Shown here piece by piece: positions 27,162 through 36,327 of a DNA stretch of 64,000 nucleotides. Below the pieces are notes generated by a model that worked only from the letters and a program-made list of their open reading frames with translations, made no database searches and had not been told where the DNA came from. The stretch comes from Myxococcota bacterium (GTDB lineage: Bacteria > Myxococcota_A > UBA9160 > UBA4427), in contig JAPKBZ010000009.1 of the NCBI GenBank assembly GCA_028823175.1, positions 14,049-78,048 on the forward strand. Direction: 5' to 3'. The translations under genes were made by a program, and so were the position numbers. Numbering within the stretch: the stretch's first letter is position 1; each line of letters starts with the position of its first letter.

Positions 27162-29345
27162 TCATCCCCGGACCCGCTCGACGGAAAGAACTCCCTTGAC
27201 CCTTGAGATCTCGGTCATGACGGCCTCTAGGGTCTTGGCGTTGCGCACCCAAAGTTCGTAACTCTGCACCGAGCGATCGTTCTCAATGAGGTTGACCTTC
27301 ACTCCGGCGATATTGATACCCGCTGCAGAGATCGCGTTCGTGATCTTGGCCAGGATTCCAGTCTTGTCCCGGGAAGTAATGCGGACACGGACCTTGCGAG
27401 GGACAGCACTCTGGATATCCCACTGGACATCGATCCGCCGCTCGGGATCCAGCTCAAAGACCCGGGCACAGCCCCTAGCGTGAACCGTCACGCCCCTGCC
27501 CCGGGTTACGAAGCCCAGGACTTCATCCCCAGGCAGCGGGTCACAACAGCCCCCGAAGCGAACCATGACATCGGATTCTCCACCCACAAGAATGCCGCTC
27601 TCGGACCCCGAGGCTGGCTCTGTTCGCTTGCGAAAGAGGCTCTTCAGTCGAGCGGGGAGAGCCTCGGGCGGCGGTTTGGGGGGCGGGGACTCCTCGGCAC
27701 TTTCCCCCTTGAGGAGCGCGACCACTCGGCTGGGCGGAGTTTTTCCGTAGCTCACCGCCGCGTAGAGGTCGTCTTCCTTACCCCCCTTGAACTGGGCGAT
27801 CGCCAGGGAAAGCAACACGCCATCCGCCTCGAGTTTCGAGAGGGAAAGGCCCGCCTTACGGCACTCCCTCGCCAGGATATCCCGACCGAGTTGAATCGAT
27901 CTCGTTCGCTCATTCAGCCTTATCGAGTGACGAATATGGTTACGCGCCTTGCCCGACACAACAAAATCGAGCCAATCCTTGCGGGGCAACTGATTCTCGT
28001 TGGTGATGATTTCAACCGTGTCGCCATCCACCAGAACATGCCGAAGGGCCACCATTTTTCCGTTTACCCTCGCCCCTGCGCATGCACTACCGACCTCGCT
28101 GTGAATGGCATAGGCGAAATCGATCGGAGTTGAGCGCCTCGGAAGGTTGATCACCTCTCCCCTGGGCGTGAAGACGAAGATCTCTCCGGGAAAGAGATCC
28201 ATCTTGACGGTATCGAGAAACTCGTGGGGGTCTGACAACTCCCGCTGCCACTCGAGAAGTTGCCTCAACCATGCGAAGCGATTCTCATCCTCTTCGTTGT
28301 CGTCCTCTTCGGACGACTTGTATTTCCAATGCGCCGAGATTCCGTACTCGGCGTCTCGATCCATCTCGACGGTTCGAATCTGGACCTCTGCACGTTCTCC
28401 GTAGGGTCCGATCACAGTTGTGTGCAGCGATCGGTAGCCGTTCTGCTTCGGATTCCCAAGGTAGTCCTTGAAGCGCGAAGGCACGGGGCGCCAGGCGCCA
28501 TGAATCAAGCCCAGCGCCGTGTAACAGCTCTCCGGTGGCCCGTCGATCACCACGCGAAAGGCGAGAACATCGTAGATCTGATCGACATCCACTCCCTGAG
28601 CGTGCATCTTTCTGTAAATCGAGGCGATCTCTTTGAGCCGACCCTTGACTTCTACCTTGAGCCCGCCCGCTTTTAGAATCGATGAAATCGAGCCAATCAT
28701 CTCTTCGACATAGCGCTCGCGCTCATCGCCGCTGCCCTTGAGCTGGCGGGAAATCTCCTCAACTGCCTTGGGATGCAAGGCCCGGAAGGAACAATCCTCA
28801 AGCTCCTGCATCATCCAGCGAATCCCGAGCCGATGTGCCAGAGGCACATAGATCTCCATCGTCTCCTGCGCGATTCGCTCGACCGCATCGTCTGCGTGAT
28901 GCCCTAGGGTCCGCATATTATGAAGTCGATCCGCGAGCTTGATGAGGAGAATCCGAATATCCGTCGACATGGCGATCAGCATCTTGCGAAAATTTTCGGC
29001 TTGCCGTTCGCGGGCGGAAGTGAACTCCAGCCTTGCGATCTTGGTCAGGCCCTCCACGATGAACGCCACTTTTTCCCCAAAAAGGCGCTCGATCTCTTCT
29101 CGAGTCGTCAGCGTATCTTCGAGGGTGTCGTGGAGAAGCGCGGCCGCGATGGTTACGTCGTCCATCTTCAGATCGCCGAGCAGGCCAGCCACCTCGAGGG
29201 GATGCACGAGATAGGGTTCGCCGGAAAGGCGCTCCTGCCCCTCGTGAACCTTCGCCGAGAAGACATAGGCCTTCTGCATCAACTCCAGGTCCGCGTTGGG
29301 GCTGTAGTCGAGGACGCGATCGGCGATATCGTTAAAGCGCAACAA
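27162..29345 (-). CDS. relA: Bifunctional (p)ppGpp synthetase/hydrolase RelA/SpoT homologue
   Basis: 727 aa with an HD domain (HPLEVAGLL..LHDTLEDT), a synthetase domain (YRSLHTTV), a TGS domain (VFTPRGEVINLP) and a C-terminal ACT domain. The start codon is TTG. Confidence 0.96.
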   Translation of the reverse strand: MLRFNDIADRVLDYSPNADLELMQKAYVFSAKVHEGQERLSGEPYLVHPLEVAGLLGDLKMDDVTIAAALLHDTLEDTLTTREEIERLFGEKVAFIVEGLTKIARLEFTSARERQAENFRKMLIAMSTDIRILLIKLADRLHNMRTLGHHADDAVERIAQETMEIYVPLAHRLGIRWMMQELEDCSFRALHPKAVEEISRQLKGSGDERERYVEEMIGSISSILKAGGLKVEVKGRLKEIASIYRKMHAQGVDVDQIYDVLAFRVVIDGPPESCYTALGLIHGAWRPVPSRFKDYLGNPKQNGYRSLHTTVIGPYGERAEVQIRTVEMDRDAEYGISAHWKYKSSEEDDNEEDENRFAWLRQLLEWQRELSDPHEFLDTVKMDLFPGEIFVFTPRGEVINLPRRSTPIDFAYAIHSEVGSACAGARVNGKMVALRHVLVDGDTVEIITNENQLPRKDWLDFVVSGKARNHIRHSIRLNERTRSIQLGRDILARECRKAGLSLSKLEADGVLLSLAIAQFKGGKEDDLYAAVSYGKTPPSRVVALLKGESAEESPPPKPPPEALPARLKSLFRKRTEPASGSESGILVGGESDVMVRFGGCCDPLPGDEVLGFVTRGRGVTVHARGCARVFELDPERRIDVQWDIQSAVPRKVRVRITSRDKTGILAKITNAISAAGINIAGVKVNLIENDRSVQSYELWVRNAKTLEAVMTEISRVKGVLSVERVRG

Positions 29346-29384
29346 GCGAATAGATTTCCTCTTTTATATCAGTAACTTGAGGAA

Positions 29385-29413
29385 ATTCTACCCGGCGGCA
29401 GGGCCGCTGGCAA
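29385..29413 (-). promoter_or_regulatory. Sigma-70-type promoter upstream of relA/spoT
   Basis: On the minus strand: TTGCCA (29413-29408), a 17-nt spacer, then TAGAAT (29390-29385). This lies about 40 nt upstream of the start codon. Confidence 0.45.
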
Positions 29414-29452
29414 CGCAGGCGGCGCAGACGGCTGTGACAGCCCGCTGGCGGG

Positions 29453-30103
29453 CTATCCCGAGAGCCGAGGCGCCCACTGGGCCAGGACCTGGGACCGGCC
29501 GTGCCGGGCCTTCGCCTCGGAGAGCCGCTCGGAGCAGCCGTCCCGTTCCGCAGAGATGATCTCGAGCACCTTGCTCACCGCCTCCTCCAGCTTCGCATTC
29601 ACCACCGCGTAATCGAAGAAGCGAATGGCTTCGAGTTCCCGATCTGCCATCGCGAGGCGACGATCGATCGCCTCATCGCTATCCGTTCCCCGACCCCGAA
29701 GGCGAGCTTCGAGGACTTCCATATCGGGGGGGAGAAGAAAGATGAAGCGGGCGTCCGGGCGACGTTCCCTGACCTGGGCAGCTCCCTGAACCTCGATCTC
29801 GAGCAGGACATCGTGGCCGCGTTCCTGGAGAGGGAGCCGCAGGGCTTCATGGCTGGTCCCGTAGTTTTCGCCGCTGTACTCCGCATGCTCGACGAATGCT
29901 CCTTCTTCGACCATGCGTCGAAATTCCGAAGGGCTTACGAAATGGTAGTCGACCCCGTCATTTTCTCCCTTGCGGGGTGAGCGTGTGGTGTGCGAGATCG
30001 AAAAATCGAGTAGGGGGTCACGCTCCAAACCGAGGCGGCAGACCGTGGTCTTGCCCGTTCCCGAGGGCGCCGCCACAACGAAGGGGATTCCAACACGCGC
30101 CAC
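29453..30103 (-). CDS. gmk: Guanylate kinase
   Basis: The motifs are VVAAPSGTGKTT and SHTTRSPRKGENDGVDYHFV. I prefer the GTG at 30103, 1 nt after the remA stop codon. The track ORF start at 30151 would overlap remA by 47 nt. Confidence 0.9.
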   Translation of the reverse strand: MARVGIPFVVAAPSGTGKTTVCRLGLERDPLLDFSISHTTRSPRKGENDGVDYHFVSPSEFRRMVEEGAFVEHAEYSGENYGTSHEALRLPLQERGHDVLLEIEVQGAAQVRERRPDARFIFLLPPDMEVLEARLRGRGTDSDEAIDRRLAMADRELEAIRFFDYAVVNAKLEEAVSKVLEIISAERDGCSERLSEAKARHGRSQVLAQWAPRLSG

Positions 30104-30104
30104 C

Positions 30105-30389
30105 TCAGATATGGCTCCCAGCGGCGGCACCAGGCTCGAGTCGGGCAGCAATCGTCTCTGGGTTGATTGCAGAAAGGATCACGTGATCACTATCGGTGAT
30201 CACGATCGACCGAGTCTTCCGCCCCTCTGTGGCATCGATCAACTTGCCGGTTTTGCTCGCCTGCTCGCGCAGGCGGCGCATGGGAGATGACTGGGGCGAC
30301 ACGATACTCACCACCCGCGACGCCGAGATCAGGTTGCCATACCCAATACTGATCAGGGTCGGGATCGAGCTCGACCCGGCCGGCTCCAC
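30105..30389 (-). CDS. remA: RemA/DUF370-family regulatory protein
   Basis: [63 protein letters not shown] closely parallels Bacillus RemA. The likely start is GTG at 30389, 16 nt after the yicC stop codon. The track start at 30485 overlaps yicC. Confidence 0.85.
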   Translation of the reverse strand: MEPAGSSSIPTLISIGYGNLISASRVVSIVSPQSSPMRRLREQASKTGKLIDATEGRKTRSIVITDSDHVILSAINPETIAARLEPGAAAGSHI

Positions 30390-30405
30390 CCGGGCTTTTC
30401 CGCCG

Positions 30406-31296
30406 CTAGGCAACGTTGAGCACCTGTTCCCGGAGTCGCTCCAGCTCCGATTTGAGTTCGACGACCTGGTGAGCGAGGGCGGCATCGCTCGCTTTCGACC
30501 CGACCGTATTCGCCTCCCTCAGCATTTCCTGAATCAGGAACTCAAGTCGCCGGCCGACGGGTTTCGAATCCCCTTCGGGCTTCATGATATCCGTGAATTG
30601 CGATACGTGGCTCCTGAGCCGAACGAGTTCCTCGGTGATATCCAGCCGGTCCGCCGCGATCACGATCTCCTGGTGGAGCCTCGCCTCGTCGAAGAGACCC
30701 GAATCCTGCCGGATCTGCTCGGTTCGCTTACGAAGCCGCTCCCGAGCGGCCTCCACCACGAGGCCCGAGCGCTCCTCAAAAAATGCCACTGTATTCAGGA
30801 CATTACCCAGCCGGCCGACCAGTTCTGCCGCCAATTTTCCGCCCTCAACGGCTCGCATCTCGACGAGTTCGGCCAGTGCCGAAGCCAGGCCTTCCATCAG
30901 GACCGAAGCCAGCGCCTCGTCTGGCACCCCGGCATCGACAAATTTGGCGACTCCGGGCATCGAAAGCAGAGTCGCCACGTCTAGGTCGGCATTCAGCCCA
31001 TGCTTCGAACCGAGTTCTCGAGCCGCATCCACATATTGGGCCGCCAGGACCTGGTCGACCTTCAGGTCGGCCTGCACCCCTGCTGACTCCAATTGGTTGA
31101 CACTGACATCGACCTTCCCTCGTGAAACACATTCCTGTATCAGGAGCTTGGCCGATGGTTCCTGAGCGGAGAGCAGACGGGGAAGCCGCACACGGATGTC
31201 GAGATGGCGGTGATTGACGCTGCGCGCCTCAACTTCGAAGCCATGCCCCTCGACCTGAAAGCTCGCCCGTCCGAACCCTGTCATGCTCTGGATCAT
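30406..31296 (-). CDS. yicC: YicC-family stress-induced protein (endoribonuclease YicC)
   Basis: 296 aa. The N-terminus is [29 protein letters not shown] and the C-terminus is [18 protein letters not shown]. Confidence 0.92.
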   Translation of the reverse strand: MIQSMTGFGRASFQVEGHGFEVEARSVNHRHLDIRVRLPRLLSAQEPSAKLLIQECVSRGKVDVSVNQLESAGVQADLKVDQVLAAQYVDAARELGSKHGLNADLDVATLLSMPGVAKFVDAGVPDEALASVLMEGLASALAELVEMRAVEGGKLAAELVGRLGNVLNTVAFFEERSGLVVEAARERLRKRTEQIRQDSGLFDEARLHQEIVIAADRLDITEELVRLRSHVSQFTDIMKPEGDSKPVGRRLEFLIQEMLREANTVGSKASDAALAHQVVELKSELERLREQVLNVA

Positions 31297-31328
31297 ACGG
31301 TCTCCTGACGCCTCGAAGAATCGGCCCC

Positions 31329-31361
31329 CCCTGCCCCGCCTGAGCGGAAGCCGGGGCAGGG
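31329..31361 (-). terminator. Strong GC hairpin between skp and yicC
   Basis: CCCTGCCCCG (31329-31338) pairs perfectly with CGGGGCAGGG (31352-31361) across a 13-nt loop, 21 nt downstream of the skp stop codon. There is no U-tract. Confidence 0.4.
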
Positions 31362-31381
31362 AAGCCGAACCAACGGGCTCA

Positions 31382-31903
31382 CTACTCGCCCTTCTCCACT
31401 TCGGCGATGATCAGGTCGGTAATATCCAAGGCCTCTCGGCTATAGACGATAGGGGGCTGACCCCTGACGAGAATGAGTGAGAAGCCTCCCTCGCGTCCTA
31501 CCTTGCTCACAGCCTGGTCGAGTTGCTGCTGGAGAGGTGCAAAGAGCCGCTCGAAATCCATCCGCAGCCGGGTTTGTGCTTCTGACTGCTTGAGTTCGAT
31601 TCGGTTCTGAAGCTCGGTGATGTCCAACTCCATCTCCCGGCGTTTCTCGTCGCTGAGGACAACCCGCTTCTTCTGGTACTCCTCGGCCAACTCCTGGTAT
31701 CGCTCGATCATCGGCTGAAGCTCGAGTTCGGCTTCCTTCTTCTTTTGCTCGAGTTCTTCCCTGGCCGCCTTGCCCAAAGCCGTGGCGCCAATGGCCTGGT
31801 CCATGTCCACAATGCCTATCTTGACTGCTTGGTCTTCCGCGCCCAAGCCCCATCCAAGGGCCAGGACGGTGATTGCCACGATCAGGGTCTTCTGGATACT
31901 CAC
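31382..31903 (-). CDS. skp: Periplasmic chaperone Skp/OmpH
   Basis: 173 aa with a signal peptide, then IGIVDMDQAI and a long coiled Glu/Lys/Gln-rich arm. It lies directly downstream of bamA, as in other bacteria with an outer membrane. Confidence 0.9.
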   Translation of the reverse strand: MSIQKTLIVAITVLALGWGLGAEDQAVKIGIVDMDQAIGATALGKAAREELEQKKKEAELELQPMIERYQELAEEYQKKRVVLSDEKRREMELDITELQNRIELKQSEAQTRLRMDFERLFAPLQQQLDQAVSKVGREGGFSLILVRGQPPIVYSREALDITDLIIAEVEKGE

Positions 31904-31983
31904 GAATATTCTCCTTGAAAAAAATCAATCAATCCGAGCGCCTGCCCTCAACCTGAGGGAACTCGGTCACTCGCGGTCGCTGT

Positions 31984-34900
31984 CTACAATCCGAAACCAC
32001 CTACCGAAAACTCGAAGACCGGACTCTCTTCGAAGGGTTCGGGATCAACGGGGAAGCCCAACACTAGCTGCAATGGGCCGAATGGGGAAAACCAAAGTAC
32101 CCCAGCCCCATAACCGTAGCGCCATTGGCTCGCGTCGAACATATTTTGCCCCTCGTAGAATGCATTACCGCCATCCACGAAGACAACGCCCTGGAGCCCC
32201 ACCTGTTCCGAAATCCCGAATCGATACTCCACGCTGGATGCAATGAACGAATTGCCGCCCACCACATCGGTCTCGTAGATATCCTGAAACTCGCTGATTT
32301 TCTGAGTATTGAGCGTATTACAACTGCCATTCCCATTGCCCTGACTGAATATCCCCTCATCGTTGCAGACAGCGATCAGACGGTTATTGACGTTGTCATA
32401 CTCGACGGCGGTGCCCACGGGATGGAAGAGCGTCCCATTCCCTGAGAGGCCTGTCCGTTGCAGAATCGCCCTGCGTGGCCCGACCGATCGGGCTCGAAAA
32501 CCGCGCAACTGAAAATTTCCGATACCGCCCAGAAAATAGCGCTCGGTCAGGGGAAGCTTCAGGTTGGTGTCAATCTGGTCGAGTCGACCGACGTTCTCGC
32601 ACTCTCCGGGCGTACTGCAAAGGGTCGTATCGTCGATTGCGAGGTCCCAGTCGGAGATCTCATTGAAGGGCAACGCGTAGCCCATCCGGGTAGTCAGAAC
32701 GAAAGCCGACTGTTTGGGCATCCAGGAGGGAGCTCTCAAATACCAGGACCCGCGTAGCTCCGCACGCAAGAAGCGGGAGAAACCGCCAAGCCCCGCGTAC
32801 TCAAGATTCGCTCCCAGATTCGTCCCTTCGGTCGCCGAGTAGCGATCATTCCGCGTATCGCGCACGAAGGAGACGCCAACCACACTTGCCGTATCCTGTG
32901 TCCTCAGCAACTCGCGAAAGATCGGCGCCGAGGCGTTGACCCCGGCAGGCTGTCTGACCTCGCGGCTTCGCCAGCTGTAGTTGAGGGAGATCCGCGCCGA
33001 GTTGTCTTCGGCCAACGCGTGCCCCAACGCAAACTGAATTCCTTGCTGGAACTGCTGGAACGATTCAAAACTCGTGTCCGTGACGAAGACAGTCCCGGAG
33101 AAACTGAAACGGCTTCCCATAAAATAGGGATCGGAAAGTGAGACAAAATAACGACTGGTGGATCGCCCGACATCAACGGAGAGGTTGACAAAATAGCCCC
33201 TTCCAAAGAGATTCGATTGAGCCAGAGAGGCCGTGAAGAGCAAACCATCCTGGGACGAATAGCCGGCACCAAAGCTAAAGGAGCCCGTTGGCCTTTCGAC
33301 GACGTTGACATTCAAATCGAGTTGCGAGGGGTCATCGGTGGGCTGTGAAGAGAATGCCGCGTCCTCGAAGAAACCCAGGCGCCGAATTCGCTCCTGGCTC
33401 AAGCGAAGGCCGCGCGCGGAATAGAGCTGCCCTTCGACGACCTTCATCTCGCGACGAATAACCGGGTCCACGGTTCGAGTATTTCCCGAGATATTGATAT
33501 TGCGAATGAAGTAGAGCGGACCCTTTTCAACCTTGAACTCGACATCGACCTGTTTCTTCTCGAGGTCCATCCGAGTTCCAGGCTGAACCTTGGCCAGGAA
33601 GAATCCCCGGTCCGTGTAATGACGCTCCAGGATCTCGACATCCGTAGTCAGAAAGGAACGGTTAAAGACGTCCCCCTCGGCGAGTCGAACCTTTGCCCGA
33701 AGGACATCGAGATCCATGGTGTCATCGCCACGAACCTCGATCTGTCCCACAAAGAACTGCGGCCCCTCGACGATATCGACCGTGACGAAGAGGCCCTCCG
33801 GGTTGGCTTCAACCTTGGGCTCGCTGACTTCAACCTGAAGATAGCCGTCGTCGGTATACATCTTCTCGACGGAGCGCAGGTCACGTAGGAAGATGGGTTC
33901 GGAATACGTTCCCGTATTATCGAACCAACCCGTCGCCCAGGAGTACCAACGGTAGGTCTTGATCTCAAAGCCAGACAGCAACTCCTTGTTTGAGAACGCG
34001 TCATTCCCCTCGAAGGTAACCGCCCTCAGTTTGAGTTTCTCTTTCTCCTGGATGGCAAACTCGACGGAGACCGCCCCGGCCGAGACGGGCTCAACATGGG
34101 TGGTGACTTCGGCGAGGTAGTAGCCCTCCTGTTTATACCTCTGGGTAATTCGCTCGTCGTTCTCGTAGAGGAGCGGATAATCGAGATTCGACCCCGTCGT
34201 AATCGTCAGAACGTCGTCGATCTTGTCCTCATCCAGGCTCTCGTTGCCCGTGACCGTGATCGCACGAATAACGGGATTCTCCTCCACAGCGAAAGTGAGC
34301 AGAATTCCCTCAGGCGATGTCTCAGCGTAAACGTTGACGTCGCTGAAGAAGCCCAGGGACTGAACCTCCAGAACATCCTTGGCAACCTTGGCTCGGTTAA
34401 AGGGGTCTCCCGCGCGAGTCTTGATTCGGCCACGAATGACATCCGACTCGATTCGGCGATTGCCACGGATTCGGATCTGGCCGACCGCCTCGCCCGAGCC
34501 GCCCAGCACACCGCTCCCCGAGATCGCCTGGGAACGCACCACGCGAAACGTGAGCAGCACGCCTCCGGCCTGGCGAGCGGTCTCCACCGTAACTTTGGCC
34601 ACTCCCGACTGCGCTTCCATCACAGTCTGGTCCTGGGCGACCTGTTTCTGGTCGTAAGCCACCCCCGCCTCAGACTTGAGAAGCGCCCTGAGATCGGGTT
34701 CGAGATCGCCTGCGCCCTCGATCCGAAGGGAGACCACACGATCGGGGTCCTCTCCCAGAACAACCGCGACGACCTGCTCGGCGAGTTCGGCGAGCCTTCC
34801 CACGAGGCCATCTTCTCCGTCGGCGGTATAGGTAACGCTGCGGCTCGGACCGGCGGGGTCGACTGATGTGAAGCGAGCGTCGAGACTGTAGCGACCCGCG

Positions 34901-35304
34901 AGCTCGGTCACGCTGGCGCTCACCGTCCCCACCGCCCCGAATTTCGCCGCGACTTCGCGCAGGCGATCATCTTGGAGATCCGGAACCACCGCTTTGCCTA
35001 GGGTCTCCTCGGCCTGACTGGGATCGACCGCCTGAACCTTGGCGGTCGCCTCGAGGCGAGCGGCGAGCAAGCTCGGCAGGCTTTCGCCGAGATATTGAAT
35101 ATCCCGGCCGCTATGAACCTCGAAGGGAAGCACGACGACCAGAGGCCGGGCGCTCGCCGCGACTGCTTTGGCCGGCTCCGGCGGCGAAGAGGCATCCTCG
35201 GCTCCAGCGACGGCGGCGGCGCAGAGCGCCGCAAACACCAACACCCGCGAGACCCATCGGACTCGCCGATTCGATGCAACTGGGCGCAGGGAGCGCAAGG
35301 ACAT
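31984..35304 (-). CDS. bamA: Outer-membrane protein assembly factor BamA, unusually long (about 1106 aa)
   Basis: It has a signal peptide (MSLRSL..VFAALCAAAVAGA), an extra N-terminal domain, multiple POTRA repeats (IRIRGN.., ITVTGN.., VTFEGN.., IEVRGD.., INISGN..), and an Omp85 barrel ending ..FEFSVGGFGL. The ATG at 35304 abuts GGAGG, so the TTG at 35298 is an alternative start. The track ORF start at 35610 is an over-extension. Confidence 0.93.
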   Translation of the reverse strand: MSLRSLRPVASNRRVRWVSRVLVFAALCAAAVAGAEDASSPPEPAKAVAASARPLVVVLPFEVHSGRDIQYLGESLPSLLAARLEATAKVQAVDPSQAEETLGKAVVPDLQDDRLREVAAKFGAVGTVSASVTELAGRYSLDARFTSVDPAGPSRSVTYTADGEDGLVGRLAELAEQVVAVVLGEDPDRVVSLRIEGAGDLEPDLRALLKSEAGVAYDQKQVAQDQTVMEAQSGVAKVTVETARQAGGVLLTFRVVRSQAISGSGVLGGSGEAVGQIRIRGNRRIESDVIRGRIKTRAGDPFNRAKVAKDVLEVQSLGFFSDVNVYAETSPEGILLTFAVEENPVIRAITVTGNESLDEDKIDDVLTITTGSNLDYPLLYENDERITQRYKQEGYYLAEVTTHVEPVSAGAVSVEFAIQEKEKLKLRAVTFEGNDAFSNKELLSGFEIKTYRWYSWATGWFDNTGTYSEPIFLRDLRSVEKMYTDDGYLQVEVSEPKVEANPEGLFVTVDIVEGPQFFVGQIEVRGDDTMDLDVLRAKVRLAEGDVFNRSFLTTDVEILERHYTDRGFFLAKVQPGTRMDLEKKQVDVEFKVEKGPLYFIRNINISGNTRTVDPVIRREMKVVEGQLYSARGLRLSQERIRRLGFFEDAAFSSQPTDDPSQLDLNVNVVERPTGSFSFGAGYSSQDGLLFTASLAQSNLFGRGYFVNLSVDVGRSTSRYFVSLSDPYFMGSRFSFSGTVFVTDTSFESFQQFQQGIQFALGHALAEDNSARISLNYSWRSREVRQPAGVNASAPIFRELLRTQDTASVVGVSFVRDTRNDRYSATEGTNLGANLEYAGLGGFSRFLRAELRGSWYLRAPSWMPKQSAFVLTTRMGYALPFNEISDWDLAIDDTTLCSTPGECENVGRLDQIDTNLKLPLTERYFLGGIGNFQLRGFRARSVGPRRAILQRTGLSGNGTLFHPVGTAVEYDNVNNRLIAVCNDEGIFSQGNGNGSCNTLNTQKISEFQDIYETDVVGGNSFIASSVEYRFGISEQVGLQGVVFVDGGNAFYEGQNMFDASQWRYGYGAGVLWFSPFGPLQLVLGFPVDPEPFEESPVFEFSVGGFGL

Positions 35305-35317
35305 CCTCCGATCGATC

Positions 35318-35375
35318 GGGCGGTGGGAACGCGTGGGTGGGAACGGGTGGGTGGAATCGGGTGGGTGGAGAAGGG
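35318..35375 (+). repeat. G-tract repeat (GGGTGGG-type units with ~14-nt periodicity); at least 9 G3 runs on the + strand and C-rich CCACCCAC repeats on the bamA sense strand
   Basis: Sequence read directly: ggg cggtgggaac gcgtgggtggg aacgggtgggtgg aatcgggtgggtgg agaaggg. The core at 35335-35351 is GGGTGGGAACGGGTGGG. Confidence 0.85.
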
Positions 35376-35447
35376 AAAGGACCCGAAAGGCCCTGGGAGG
35401 ACACCGCTCAAAGCGCAATACCGCGGACCTCCCCCCCGACGCGCGGA

Positions 35448-35476
35448 ATTCTAGTGGCCTGCACCGGGGGTGACAA
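35448..35476 (-). promoter_or_regulatory. Sigma-70-type promoter for bamA-skp
   Basis: On the minus strand: TTGTCA (35476-35471), a 17-nt spacer, then TAGAAT (35453-35448). This implies a ~135-nt leader that contains the C-rich repeats. Confidence 0.45.
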
Positions 35477-35613
35477 GACTTCCGGCTCTCAGTTTTCTTT
35501 TTCAAATTCGGACGGTTATCGCGCGGCTGCCGACAAGGATTCCAGGCAACCAAGACGCCCTCTCCGGTGTCCATCCAGAGCCGGCGGGAGGCCTGCCCTA
35601 GGCTCGCCAAGGC

Positions 35614-36327
35614 TCAGGCGAGCCCCTCGGCGCCGCCACTGGCCTCCTCGAGTCGGCCGTCTCGTAAGACCAGAGTTCGCCCCAGTTGCTCCGCCATACG
35701 AGCGCTGTGGGTCACCACGATCAAGGTCGTGCCCCGAGTTCGGTTCATCTCGAGCAGAAGTCCCGCTACATCGGCTCCGGTGGCCGGATCGAGGTTGCCG
35801 GTAGGTTCGTCGGCGAGCACCACGGGCGGCTCCAGAACCAGCGCTCGGGCCACGGCCACCCGCTGCCTCTCTCCCCCGGAGAGTTTGCCCACCGGATGCC
35901 CGAGCCGATGGGACAGCCCCACCTCGCCCAGAATCGCCGCCGCTCGTTCCTGCATCTCGCCGCGCGGCTGCTCCTGAAGCAGTCCGGGCATCATCACGTT
36001 CTCGAGCGCGCTGAACTCGGGGAGCAGGTGGTGGAACTGAAAAACGAAGCCCAGAAAGCGGTTGCGCAGTCGCGCCAGCTCCTCGGAGGAGCGAGAGAAC
36101 ACATCCTCGCCCTCGAAGAAGAGGCCTCCCGAGCTAGGGCGATCGAGGGTTCCCAGGATATGCAGGAGAGTGGACTTCCCCACCCCCGATTGCCCCACGA
36201 TGGCAACCCGGTCCCCCTTCTCCAGCGTCAGATCGACTCCCCTCAGCACCTCGATGGCCGACTCCCCCTGCCCGAAGCGCTTGCAGACGCCTTCGATCCG
36301 GATCAACGAGCGAGCCCCACTACTCAT
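35614..36327 (-). CDS. lolD: Lipoprotein-releasing system ATP-binding protein LolD
   Basis: The ATG at 36327 overlaps the lolE stop codon by 8 nt. Motifs are GQSGVGKSTLLHILG, LSGGERQRVAVARAL and VLADEPTGNLD. Confidence 0.9.
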   Translation of the reverse strand: MSSGARSLIRIEGVCKRFGQGESAIEVLRGVDLTLEKGDRVAIVGQSGVGKSTLLHILGTLDRPSSGGLFFEGEDVFSRSSEELARLRNRFLGFVFQFHHLLPEFSALENVMMPGLLQEQPRGEMQERAAAILGEVGLSHRLGHPVGKLSGGERQRVAVARALVLEPPVVLADEPTGNLDPATGADVAGLLLEMNRTRGTTLIVVTHSARMAEQLGRTLVLRDGRLEEASGGAEGLA

